Of a stretch of 20,000 nucleotides of DNA, positions 9,591 to 16,679 are shown in pieces. The notes beneath the pieces were generated by a model. The model made no database searches, was not told the origin of the DNA, and saw only the letters and a list, made by a program, of their open reading frames with translations. The position numbers and the translations under genes were made by a program. Positions within the stretch are counted from its first letter, which is position 1. Each line of letters opens with the position of its first letter. Source of the stretch: an uncultured virus (IMG/VR IMGVR_UViG_3300030372_005500) (Duplodnaviria; Heunggongvirae; Uroviricota; Caudoviricetes); IMG/VR virus record IMGVR_UViG_3300030372_005500, one strand, 5' to 3'.

Positions 9591-10580
9591 ATGGCAACAA
9601 ACTTACAAACAGAAGCATTAAAATTATTGGTCGGGCCTCCAGCAATTCCTGCTGCGGCAGTCGCCAAAAGATTAGGTGTGAATAAAGCAACAGTATCTAA
9701 GTGGATACGTCGATGGCTCGACGAAGGAAAAATAATACAAGACCCCAACGCAATAGAAATATCAAGTTGGATAACTGGAGGCAGACCTCCTAAAATTTAT
9801 GTGGCTAAATATCATGGCAACAAAGGTAGCACACCATTGGAAACTAATATGGCAACTAAGGTACCTGCAGTGATTACTTCAACGGATGCCGTAGAGCCTT
9901 CAATGATTTTAGATGGAAATTATGCAAGGCCTCATTCTGGAGCTTGGATTTGCAGAGGAGTGAACAAGCCAAAGACTGATCTGTCAGAATCAAGACTTTG
10001 TGTTAAGGATAATACAATAAATCAAGTAAGAAATATACGATTAGATTATACAGATGGCTGGAGAGTAAATTACAAAGAAGGTCCTCGAAAAAGGAGTGTA
10101 ATTATCTATCCTCCAAGTAAGGAGATGACTACTCTAACTACACTTGATGATTTTATAGTAGACCGAGAGAAAAAGATGATGAATATATGGAATGATATTG
10201 TTCGTAGTTTTGGGTTTGATTATAAGTTCCTTGACCAGATGGTTCCAATGGAAATAGGGGTGCCTGTGTCTGACGAAGGATTGAGCAGAGAAGCAGGTGA
10301 AAGAATAAAGACTGTTGATGGAGATATGTGGGTTGACCGTTCTGAAGAAGCAGTAGTTCCAGGTGCAGTAGAATTAGAAGGCGATGCGCCTGTAATGAGA
10401 GGTCTTGCAAAGATGCCAGACTTGCTTCATGAAATTATTCTTGAGTTAGGTAAAGGCCGTAAAGAAATGGGTGAAAATACCAATGAAAGATTAGAAAGGC
10501 TTGAGAATGCAATGACTAAATTATTAGATGGTGTAGATGAGCCTGAAGATGACGATAAAGAAGTAGAGGGTTACGTTTAA
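9591..10580 (+). CDS. N-terminal HTH DNA-binding protein with uncharacterised C-terminal domain (regulator or replication initiator candidate)
   Basis: AAAVAKRLGVNKATVSKWIRRWLDEGKI is a typical winged HTH; coiled-coil and acidic C-terminus; TATATAT at 9551-9557 upstream. Confidence 0.65.
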   Translation: MATNLQTEALKLLVGPPAIPAAAVAKRLGVNKATVSKWIRRWLDEGKIIQDPNAIEISSWITGGRPPKIYVAKYHGNKGSTPLETNMATKVPAVITSTDAVEPSMILDGNYARPHSGAWICRGVNKPKTDLSESRLCVKDNTINQVRNIRLDYTDGWRVNYKEGPRKRSVIIYPPSKEMTTLTTLDDFIVDREKKMMNIWNDIVRSFGFDYKFLDQMVPMEIGVPVSDEGLSREAGERIKTVDGDMWVDRSEEAVVPGAVELEGDAPVMRGLAKMPDLLHEIILELGKGRKEMGENTNERLERLENAMTKLLDGVDEPEDDDKEVEGYV

Positions 10581-10593
10581 GTACTGTATATTA

Positions 10594-10782
10594 GTGCCTA
10601 CACTAAACATGGTTCTAAACAAGAAAACAAACTTTGGTCATCCTGATTGGGATAAAGCACCAGAGTGGGCTGAATATCTTGTTCATGATATGTTTACTGG
10701 CCAATGGGTATGGTTAGAGAAGCACCCAAGGTTTTGGCATGAAGGTAAAACTTTAGTAGTAGTAATGGAGGTCAATGAATAA
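10594..10782 (+). CDS. Small Trp-rich viral protein
   Basis: PDWDKAPEWAEYLVHD..GQWVW pattern is reminiscent of small phage hypothetical proteins; start codon uncertain. Confidence 0.55.
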   Translation: MPTLNMVLNKKTNFGHPDWDKAPEWAEYLVHDMFTGQWVWLEKHPRFWHEGKTLVVVMEVNE

Positions 10783-10921
10783 AACAGATATGCTTGGTTT
10801 AACAATACTTATAATGTGTATAATTTATGTGATTGTTATCTTCATATATGCAGAAATTGAAGTTTATATGGAAAGAGATCCAATAGAATGGCTATTAGGA
10901 TTCGGAGAAAAAAATGAGTGA
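10775..10921 (+). CDS. 48-aa single-TM peptide (not in ORF track)
   Basis: Hand translation MNKTDMLGLTILIMCIIYVIVIFIYAEIEVYMERDPIEWLLGFGEKNE; GGAGGT RBS; fills the gap between two genes. Confidence 0.6.
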   Translation: MNKTDMLGLTILIMCIIYVIVIFIYAEIEVYMERDPIEWLLGFGEKNE

Positions 10922-11345
10922 CAAAAATAGAAAAATAGAAGAGTTTGGTAAGCGCAGAGTCTCACACAGGTCCTTGATAGAAGGGCAGGTCAAAGGCTCG
11001 AAGGAAAGATTTACTCCCAGTATCATTTCGGGAATAAATAAAATAAATATTGAGAGAGTAATAAGTAATGATGTTCCTCAAGAGGAGACTATGCCTCTAT
11101 GGAAGAATGGTAAACTTACTGGTTCAGTAATAAAAAAGGTCTGGGATTTAATAGACTTAGATTTAATTGTAAAATTAGAGAATGGTTGGAAAATAAAACC
11201 TAAACCAGGATACAATAAAACAATATATTATATCAATAGAAATGGTAAATGTTCTTGTCAAGGATATAAAGTAAGACAAGCCTGCAGTCATGCACTTGCA
11301 GTAGATGTTCTTGTTAAATTAAATCAGATGGGATGTGCACAATAG
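10914..11345 (+). CDS. SWIM-type zinc finger protein
   Basis: C-terminal CSCQGYKVRQACSHALAV fits the SWIM CxCx(n)CxH signature. Confidence 0.75.
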   Translation: MSDKNRKIEEFGKRRVSHRSLIEGQVKGSKERFTPSIISGINKINIERVISNDVPQEETMPLWKNGKLTGSVIKKVWDLIDLDLIVKLENGWKIKPKPGYNKTIYYINRNGKCSCQGYKVRQACSHALAVDVLVKLNQMGCAQ

Positions 11346-12020
11346 ATGGGCTTGCCATTTAGTGCTGTAGATTACTTTGGATTAAATCACGACTTATTGG
11401 CAAATGCAGATATATTGAAAGATGCTCATGATACTGCAGAAGTAGTATGGGACCAGGTGTTAAACACTGGAATGAGTATTAGGTCAAGGATTCCAATAAA
11501 ATACAGGCCACCAGTAGCAATCTGTATTGGTCTAAGATTATCGGGTGTAGTGTTTTCTTTTAAGACAGTAGCAGGACACTTTGGGATTAAACAGAGTAGT
11601 TTAGCAAAATATTTCAACAGAGTATCTCATTGGAAACAACCAGAGTGGATAACATTTAGTTATGATGGAGATTTGAATATTGCAGGTGAAGATATAGTTG
11701 TAGATAAAGGATTTATTAGTGTAAAACTTCCTTTGTACCTTAGATATCCTGAGATAAAAATGGGAGACATCATTGATAGTTTTAGTGCAACCCTGGGCAA
11801 ACCAGAGTTATCAAGTAAAGCGCATAAGCTATACTTAGCCTACTTAGATGAGAGGAAAGGAATAGGTGGTAGATCAATGAATGTATTTGCTGCAGCTTTG
11901 ATACTTGTATCTTCGTTAGAGAATAAAAGTAAACTATCACAGAACAATATATGCAATTCACTTGGCATTTCTAAAAGACCAATAAGGGAATGTGTCGCTT
12001 TAATAAAGGAGTGTGTTTGA
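11346..12020 (+). CDS. TFIIB/TFB core-domain homologue (two cyclin repeats, no N-terminal Zn ribbon)
   Basis: GRSMNVFAAALILVS..SQNNICNSLGISKRPIRECVALI matches the second TFB cyclin repeat and HTH; PVAICIGLRLSGVVFSFKTVAGHFGIKQSSLAKYFNRV matches the first. Confidence 0.75.
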   Translation: MGLPFSAVDYFGLNHDLLANADILKDAHDTAEVVWDQVLNTGMSIRSRIPIKYRPPVAICIGLRLSGVVFSFKTVAGHFGIKQSSLAKYFNRVSHWKQPEWITFSYDGDLNIAGEDIVVDKGFISVKLPLYLRYPEIKMGDIIDSFSATLGKPELSSKAHKLYLAYLDERKGIGGRSMNVFAAALILVSSLENKSKLSQNNICNSLGISKRPIRECVALIKECV

Positions 12021-12089
12021 GTAAAAAACAGAAATGGGCTGAAGAGATTATTTTAAATCTCGTTGACCTATTCAATTCAAAGAGTAAAG

Positions 12090-12233
12090 ATGGAACTAAG
12101 CGGAACGATGATAGAAATGAAAAACAGAATAATGAAAGCCGAGATAGTACTAAGGCAGATAAGGAAGGATTCAAATCCAGCATTTCTAAAGAGACTGGCC
12201 GATGAATATTTCGGGAGTGTAAAAAATGACTGA
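12090..12233 (+). CDS. 47-aa hypothetical protein (not in ORF track)
   Basis: MELSGTMIEMKNRIMKAEIVLRQIRKDSNPAFLKRLADEYFGSVKND; overlaps the next start. Competes with the track ORF 11990..12205. Confidence 0.4.
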   Translation: MELSGTMIEMKNRIMKAEIVLRQIRKDSNPAFLKRLADEYFGSVKND

Positions 12234-12402
12234 TAAAGATGTAAAAGACCTAAAAGTGCCTTCAATGCCATTAGTAAACCCATTCAAGAGACATCCAGTT
12301 GTCCAGGCTTTAATTGATATCTCAGATCATGTACTATCATTCTTTCTATGGCTTTTATTTGGTTTACTTATTGGTTTGACGTTTAATTTTATTTTCTCAT
12401 GA
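12226..12402 (+). CDS. 58-aa C-terminally anchored membrane peptide (not in ORF track)
   Basis: MTDKDVKDLKVPSMPLVNPFKRHPVVQALIDISDHVLSFFLWLLFGLLIGLTFNFIFS; GGGAG upstream; ATGA overlap with 12399. Confidence 0.55.
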   Translation: MTDKDVKDLKVPSMPLVNPFKRHPVVQALIDISDHVLSFFLWLLFGLLIGLTFNFIFS

Positions 12403-12632
12403 GCTATTGGGAAAAGGGAAAGCAGTTTGCAGAAACTCACGTAATACCTTATACGATTATCTATTTGTCTACTTTTGTAACAACAATGATAGTTAGTGGT
12501 ATTTTCTTTATACAAGAATTTGGTTTAGAGCCAGGTTTAGCTGCAGCTTATGTTTTTACAAAGGCATTAACACCGATAAGAATGGCTACAGCAATAATTG
12601 GGACATATTATTATGTCCAAACATTTCAGTAA
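12399..12632 (+). CDS. Small membrane protein, DUF1279/FAM210-like motif
   Basis: Two hydrophobic segments with AYVFTKALTPIRMATA, resembling the AYxxxKxxxPxR motif of DUF1279. Confidence 0.5.
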   Translation: MSYWEKGKQFAETHVIPYTIIYLSTFVTTMIVSGIFFIQEFGLEPGLAAAYVFTKALTPIRMATAIIGTYYYVQTFQ

Positions 12633-12659
12633 CAATCTGTTCACAATTGTTACTATCGA
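12629..12659. repeat. Left copy of a 31-bp inverted repeat containing the dyad GTAACAAT-N9-ATTGTTAC
   Basis: GTAACAATCTGTTCACAATTGTTACTATCGA; its reverse complement matches 15610-15640 at 28/31 positions. Confidence 0.85.
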
Positions 12660-12685
12660 GGAGAAAATATTTTTAGCATTTTTGC

Positions 12686-13252
12686 TTATTTGTTACCACC
12701 GTCGGAGTGGGTAACAGTTGTTCTCGAAATTCCGAAAAACGTAGAAATTATTTTTGGAAGGTACCAAAGAATGATAAAAGCAATAACTCTGTAAAGCACA
12801 TAAGTAAAACTAAACCAATCAGCGGAACATGCGGATGGATACCAGTGTACAATGCAATTATGCCAAACCAAATATTGAATTATCAGTAAGCCAAGTAAGA
12901 AAACACAAAGAAGTAAGAAAGAAGAGTTGAACATAAGCTGATGTTGAATAGGACCCATGGCTTTAATTTCAGTAATTTGTTTTTCGATATGATCTCTAAT
13001 CTTACTAACAGGGCTCTTAAAAGATATAGAATCGGAAAGTATAGTAATGCCCAAAGCAACACAACTTCCAGAAAAAAGAATAAGATGTAAGTAGGAAGGA
13101 TGTAATAGTCTACTACAATTTCCATAATCGCAACCAGTTTGTTCATGCCAATGTTCTCCATTAAATATAAATCCATAAAGATAAGCTAAGTAGGCAGAAT
13201 ATAATATTACTATGATGAGTAATATATTTCCAAGTTTTTCAGTCTTGCTCAT
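12686..13252 (-). CDS. Four-TM membrane protein with an internal two-fold repeat (TM - Cys/His/Trp loop - TM)
   Basis: Four hydrophobic segments; loops HWHEQTGCDYGNCS and WHNCIVHWYPSACS. Confidence 0.65.
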   Translation of the reverse strand: MSKTEKLGNILLIIVILYSAYLAYLYGFIFNGEHWHEQTGCDYGNCSRLLHPSYLHLILFSGSCVALGITILSDSISFKSPVSKIRDHIEKQITEIKAMGPIQHQLMFNSSFLLLCVFLLGLLIIQYLVWHNCIVHWYPSACSADWFSFTYVLYRVIAFIILWYLPKIISTFFGISRTTVTHSDGGNK

Positions 13253-13616
13253 CAGGTAACCTTAGTCTGTTCCTTAGTTTATCTTGAACTAATCTATCAA
13301 CTTCAGCACTACCTTTGCCATTACGTTGTATTATTGCTGTCTTATAAGCCAAAGCAATCATTTTACTGCGTTGTTCTTTAAAGCCTTTCAAAACCCTAAA
13401 CTTTGCAAGTTTCCTAATGTCGCTATCAGTTATCTTTTTCTTTTTGATATCTTTTCTTTTCTTCCTGGTAATTATTCTATATTCTTCTTCAACCCATTCA
13501 TCAATAGATTTCAATCTAACTTCATCAATAACTCTTTTGCATTCATCCCAAAGTATGTGGTCAAATTTCTCACCACCTTTTCGATAAGGTTTAAAATCAA
13601 ATTTTTTACCAATCAA
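13239..13616 (-). CDS. Basic Lys/Arg-rich hypothetical protein
   Basis: 125-aa ORF, TTG start with GGTGAG upstream; overlaps the downstream gene. Confidence 0.6.
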   Translation of the reverse strand: MIGKKFDFKPYRKGGEKFDHILWDECKRVIDEVRLKSIDEWVEEEYRIITRKKRKDIKKKKITDSDIRKLAKFRVLKGFKEQRSKMIALAYKTAIIQRNGKGSAEVDRLVQDKLRNRLRLPDEQD

Positions 13617-13618
13617 AA

Positions 13619-13729
13619 TTACTCACCGTAATTCCTTTGATATTCTTCTTCTCTACATTCTTCACATATTTCATCATCAAAGATACACATATGTTGATTA
13701 CATCTCGTACATTTTCTATATTTTCTCAT
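13619..13729 (-). CDS. 36-aa CxxC..CxxC zinc-finger microprotein (not in ORF track)
   Basis: MRKYRKCTRCNQHMCIFDDEICEECREEEYQRNYGE; GGAGA RBS upstream. Confidence 0.6.
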   Translation of the reverse strand: MRKYRKCTRCNQHMCIFDDEICEECREEEYQRNYGE

Positions 13730-13747
13730 TTCATATCTCCATTTTAA

Positions 13748-13849
13748 TTATTGACACTTCCTACATTTCCAAACTATCTCATTTGAAATCAAAAGCGGAT
13801 TTAATGTAATACCAACTCCTGAACGTTTACAAATAGAACAATTAATCAT
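13748..13849 (-). CDS. 33-aa CxxC..CxxC zinc-finger microprotein (not in ORF track)
   Basis: MINCSICKRSGVGITLNPLLISNEIVWKCRKCQ; overlaps the upstream stop. Confidence 0.55.
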   Translation of the reverse strand: MINCSICKRSGVGITLNPLLISNEIVWKCRKCQ

Positions 13850-13973
13850 TAGACATCCATTTATGCCCTTCTCTGCAATTAAAAAAGATAGTAGGGGTCT
13901 TATCTCTATCTTTCATCTCTAAAGTTCTATACAACCAAGGACAGCTACATGTAGGGCATGTAGATCTACTCAA
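13842..13973 (-). CDS. 43-aa TFS/TFIIS C-terminal-like zinc ribbon (not in ORF track)
   Basis: TTG start; MSRSTCPTCSCPWLYRTLEMKDRDKTPTIFFNCREGHKWMSND aligns by eye to the TFS consensus CPxC...Y...QTRxADEPxTxFYxCxxCGHxW. Confidence 0.6.
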   Translation of the reverse strand: MSRSTCPTCSCPWLYRTLEMKDRDKTPTIFFNCREGHKWMSND

Positions 13974-14094
13974 AGACAACTACCCCACATTCAGTACATA
14001 GCCACCCTTCAGGGTTATGCTTCTTTCCTTGTGCACCTCTTCTGGTGTACATACGTCTCATTGCTATTCCACAGTTACAAGTTGGTTTTTTCAT
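13966..14094 (-). CDS. 42-aa zinc-ribbon microprotein (not in ORF track)
   Basis: MKKPTCNCGIAMRRMYTRRGAQGKKHNPEGWLCTECGVVVFE. Confidence 0.6.
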   Translation of the reverse strand: MKKPTCNCGIAMRRMYTRRGAQGKKHNPEGWLCTECGVVVFE

Positions 14095-14098
14095 GTTT

Positions 14099-14326
14099 TC
14101 ATCTCAAATATTCTTCTTGAATTATATTGATATTATGGTCGGCCTCTCTGGCCATTGTTTCTATTTTCTCATGGATTCTCCAGAAGTCAAGTTCAGCATC
14201 CTGGTCTTCCCATCTTAATACTTCATCTAAATGTATTCTATTTGCCTTAGTAAAGTTACGAACAATATGAATGAAAGCCCGTACCTGGTCAAGCTCAGGC
14301 ATTATAGAGGGATTGTATTCTTTCAA
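14099..14326 (-). CDS. Hypothetical helical protein
   Basis: 75-aa ORF, TTG start overlapping the nuclease stop. Confidence 0.55.
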   Translation of the reverse strand: MKEYNPSIMPELDQVRAFIHIVRNFTKANRIHLDEVLRWEDQDAELDFWRIHEKIETMAREADHNINIIQEEYLR

Positions 14327-15246
14327 GCTAACGCCCCCATGTAATCATATTCCTCAACATCATTTACCAAAGGAACATCAGATATTCTAATAGGTCCATC
14401 CTTTCCATATTTGTACATTGAACAAGCTTCCTTATAGTCACAGAATGAGCAGTTATATCCGTATTTGGGTGTAAAGATATCATTAGTTACTGCGTGAGTA
14501 AACTCTTTGCACAATTGCTCAAGGTATTCTGAATCAGCCTCATATCTCTCAGTCTTGTAGACTTTGCCAGATCTAAGATGATAATATAGTAAATCATCAA
14601 GAGGTTCACCATATAACTCATCAAAAGCAATAGAATAGATAGTAAACTGAGGATTATTATTCAATACATGAGCCTTGCCTTCTGGAGGATGTTTGTCTGT
14701 CTTATAATCTAAAACAATATTCTTACCGTCTTTAGTCTTATCTATTCTATCAATCACTCCAAGAAGGGGATATCCTCTCCAGTTAAATCTAAATCGCTTT
14801 TCAAGGCCAATTGGCTTCTCATCGTTAACATGTCTATCATAAAATTCACCCAGTATTCTTTCACCTAATTTCTTCATTGAGAAATACTCCAGGTGTGGTT
14901 TCTTTAGATACCATTTAATGTGAGATGCTAAAGTAACATTAACAACATCACCATTAGCTAACTGATAGGGATATATTTTGAATTCAGCATTATCAAGCTG
15001 TTTTCCTTTTAGTAATTCTCCAGAACACTGCAGACGCCATCTATACTTAAATGAATTAACAAAGCTCTCCCTGCTCTTATAGTTCCTCTTGTAAAACATC
15101 TCTACCATGTAGTGGATCTCTTTTCCAAAAGCTAATTGAGGAGAAATAGGAGGTTTCTCTTTAACAACATAATTAAGATAATATTTGAACGGACATGACT
15201 GATAAACAGATAACTTTGTAGCTGAAATGTGATTAATCTTCGCCAC
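14323..15246 (-). CDS. Cas4/AddB-like PD-(D/E)xK exonuclease with Fe-S staple
   Basis: SATKLSVYQSCP (Cys1), GKEIH, EKRF, GVIDRID, VLDYKT, QFTIY, and C-terminal CSFCDYKEAC. Confidence 0.85.
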   Translation of the reverse strand: MAKINHISATKLSVYQSCPFKYYLNYVVKEKPPISPQLAFGKEIHYMVEMFYKRNYKSRESFVNSFKYRWRLQCSGELLKGKQLDNAEFKIYPYQLANGDVVNVTLASHIKWYLKKPHLEYFSMKKLGERILGEFYDRHVNDEKPIGLEKRFRFNWRGYPLLGVIDRIDKTKDGKNIVLDYKTDKHPPEGKAHVLNNNPQFTIYSIAFDELYGEPLDDLLYYHLRSGKVYKTERYEADSEYLEQLCKEFTHAVTNDIFTPKYGYNCSFCDYKEACSMYKYGKDGPIRISDVPLVNDVEEYDYMGALA

Positions 15247-15448
15247 GTTTATACATTCCTTTATGGTGTCTGTATCTCTTTAATCCATCTACACAAGCAA
15301 GATAGCAATTGTTACATAGATATCCTACAGGTATGTAGTCAGTTCCTTTCTGACCTTGTTTCACCAATATAGAAACTTTTCCTTTAATAGCTTCTTTGAT
15401 AGTTCCATCAACTTCACGACAGTGGTCGCATATACTTATTTTAGGCAT
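15233..15448 (-). CDS. 71-aa zinc-finger protein
   Basis: CDHC...PVGYLCNNC; ATG 15448 preferred over the track's 15466 start because a TATA-like TTAAATAA lies about 22-30 nt upstream. Confidence 0.6.
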   Translation of the reverse strand: MPKISICDHCREVDGTIKEAIKGKVSILVKQGQKGTDYIPVGYLCNNCYLACVDGLKRYRHHKGMYKRGED

Positions 15449-15572
15449 AGTGGAAAGTATAGGCACCCTTATTTAAGAATAGTGTAGGCACCTGTATTCA
15501 CGCATACGCATAATAGAATAATCAAAGAGTATTTGCAACAACTGTTACCGAGAAAAGTGCCTTTAGAGGATG

Positions 15573-15587
15573 GTAACACTTATATAA
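15573..15587 (+). promoter_or_regulatory. GTAACA box abutting a TATA box, upstream of the recombinase operon
   Basis: GTAACAC-TTATATAA; same arrangement as GTAACAA-TTATATAT at 18068-18082. Confidence 0.5.
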
Positions 15588-15609
15588 TCCCACCGTCTGA
15601 GAGCTATCG

Positions 15610-15640
15610 TCGATAGTAACAATTGAGTATAGATTGTTAC
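15610..15640. repeat. Right copy of the 31-bp inverted repeat
   Basis: TCGATAGTAACAATTGAGTATAGATTGTTAC versus reverse complement of 12629-12659 TCGATAGTAACAATTGTGAACAGATTGTTAC. Confidence 0.85.
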
Positions 15641-15650
15641 CGATAAAAAC

Positions 15651-15875
15651 ATGGGACGCAAACTAATAACAGGATATACAGTTGAAAGGAACAAGGAATG
15701 GTACCTTGCAATAAAAAAGCAAAAGAGCAGATGTGCAAGGTGTGATGGGTCTCTCAACAGTAGTATCAAGGTCAAACAGAAGAAAAGTTGGCTTGTTGAT
15801 AAGAAGGCATATTGTGGAACATGTTCAAGAATAATAAAGGATGGAAAGAAAAATGAACAGGAAGAGAGCAACTAA
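15651..15875 (+). CDS. Basic CxxC..CxxC zinc-finger protein
   Basis: CARC...YCGTC in a 74-aa Lys-rich ORF. Confidence 0.65.
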   Translation: MGRKLITGYTVERNKEWYLAIKKQKSRCARCDGSLNSSIKVKQKKSWLVDKKAYCGTCSRIIKDGKKNEQEESN

Positions 15876-16011
15876 GGTACCCTACGAAGGATATACATTA
15901 CCACCTTCTTCAGAGAAAGGTGGGAAGTTTGTAGACTTCAAAAGGATAATAGAAAGGAAAGCAGTAAAGAAGATACGAGTAAAGAAGGAGAGAAACAATG
16001 ATAAAGCTTGA
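15853..16011 (+). CDS. 52-aa basic peptide (not in ORF track)
   Basis: MNRKRATKVPYEGYTLPPSSEKGGKFVDFKRIIERKAVKKIRVKKERNNDKA; overlaps both neighbours. Confidence 0.45.
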   Translation: MNRKRATKVPYEGYTLPPSSEKGGKFVDFKRIIERKAVKKIRVKKERNNDKA

Positions 16012-16135
16012 TAACATAGATAGAATAATTACAGAGATCAAAGAGAAGGAAGCTCCAGACCATATTACCTGGAGGATGGAATTAGATAATGAAATAAAGG
16101 AGAAGTTACATGCCAAAAGAACCCCTTACAATTAA
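15998..16135 (+). CDS. 45-aa peptide directly upstream of the recombinase (not in ORF track)
   Basis: MIKLDNIDRIITEIKEKEAPDHITWRMELDNEIKEKLHAKRTPYN; AAGGAG RBS. Confidence 0.5.
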   Translation: MIKLDNIDRIITEIKEKEAPDHITWRMELDNEIKEKLHAKRTPYN

Positions 16136-16679
16136 AGAACAAGATACATTATTGAAAGCTGCAGAGAAATATGGAGACTATCAACGTTGGGAAGGAAGTG
16201 AGGACAAGCTTGACACATACAAAGCTATAGCTTTCATGTTAGATACAGCATGCCATCCTTCAGTGTTGTCCGACGAGAAACATCAACTAAGAACAGTAAA
16301 AGAGAAAGGTAAAATCTATATCGAATGGAATAGGCCTAAGAAGAAAGGACATGACGCTTTTACTCGTATCAGGGCAAGTAAAAGGTTAGTCTCCTGGGTG
16401 GAAGAGTTCGTAGCATTAGAGAAGCCAGGTTATAGGCAATTTTACAATCATATGTTAAGGGCAGTAGCAGAAACAATAACAGATCCATCACGAGGATTAA
16501 CAAGAGAGAATCTATCACCTTTGGCAATAAGACATACCTTTGCAGTTAACATGTTAGATAGAGGAGTAGATGCTGAAGCAGTAAGACAGATGATGAACTG
16601 CAGTAGAAAGACATTAGAATTTTATTCAAAATACAGGAGGGATATGTTGGAGTCTAAGTTAGACGACATCGACTGGTAG
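16110..16679 (+). CDS. Catalytic-domain-only tyrosine recombinase with deviant active-site motifs
   Basis: PLTIKEQDTLL start of the catalytic domain; box I MLDTACHPSVL; PKKKG loop; box II SPLAIRHTFAVNMLDRGVDAEAVRQMMNCS..TLEFY; AAGGAG RBS. Confidence 0.85.
   Translation: MPKEPLTIKEQDTLLKAAEKYGDYQRWEGSEDKLDTYKAIAFMLDTACHPSVLSDEKHQLRTVKEKGKIYIEWNRPKKKGHDAFTRIRASKRLVSWVEEFVALEKPGYRQFYNHMLRAVAETITDPSRGLTRENLSPLAIRHTFAVNMLDRGVDAEAVRQMMNCSRKTLEFYSKYRRDMLESKLDDIDW

Noticed and set aside
11990..12205. Track ORF of 71 aa after the TFB gene
   Set aside because: Unresolved: a TTG start near 12017 with an AAGGAG RBS is possible, but its low-complexity tail overlaps the more protein-like 12090..12233 frame, so it is not listed as a feature.
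14323..15246. CRISPR-Cas locus suggested by the Cas4-like gene
   Set aside because: No repeat-spacer array and no cas1/cas2 seen; solo Cas4/AddB-like nucleases are common in viruses.
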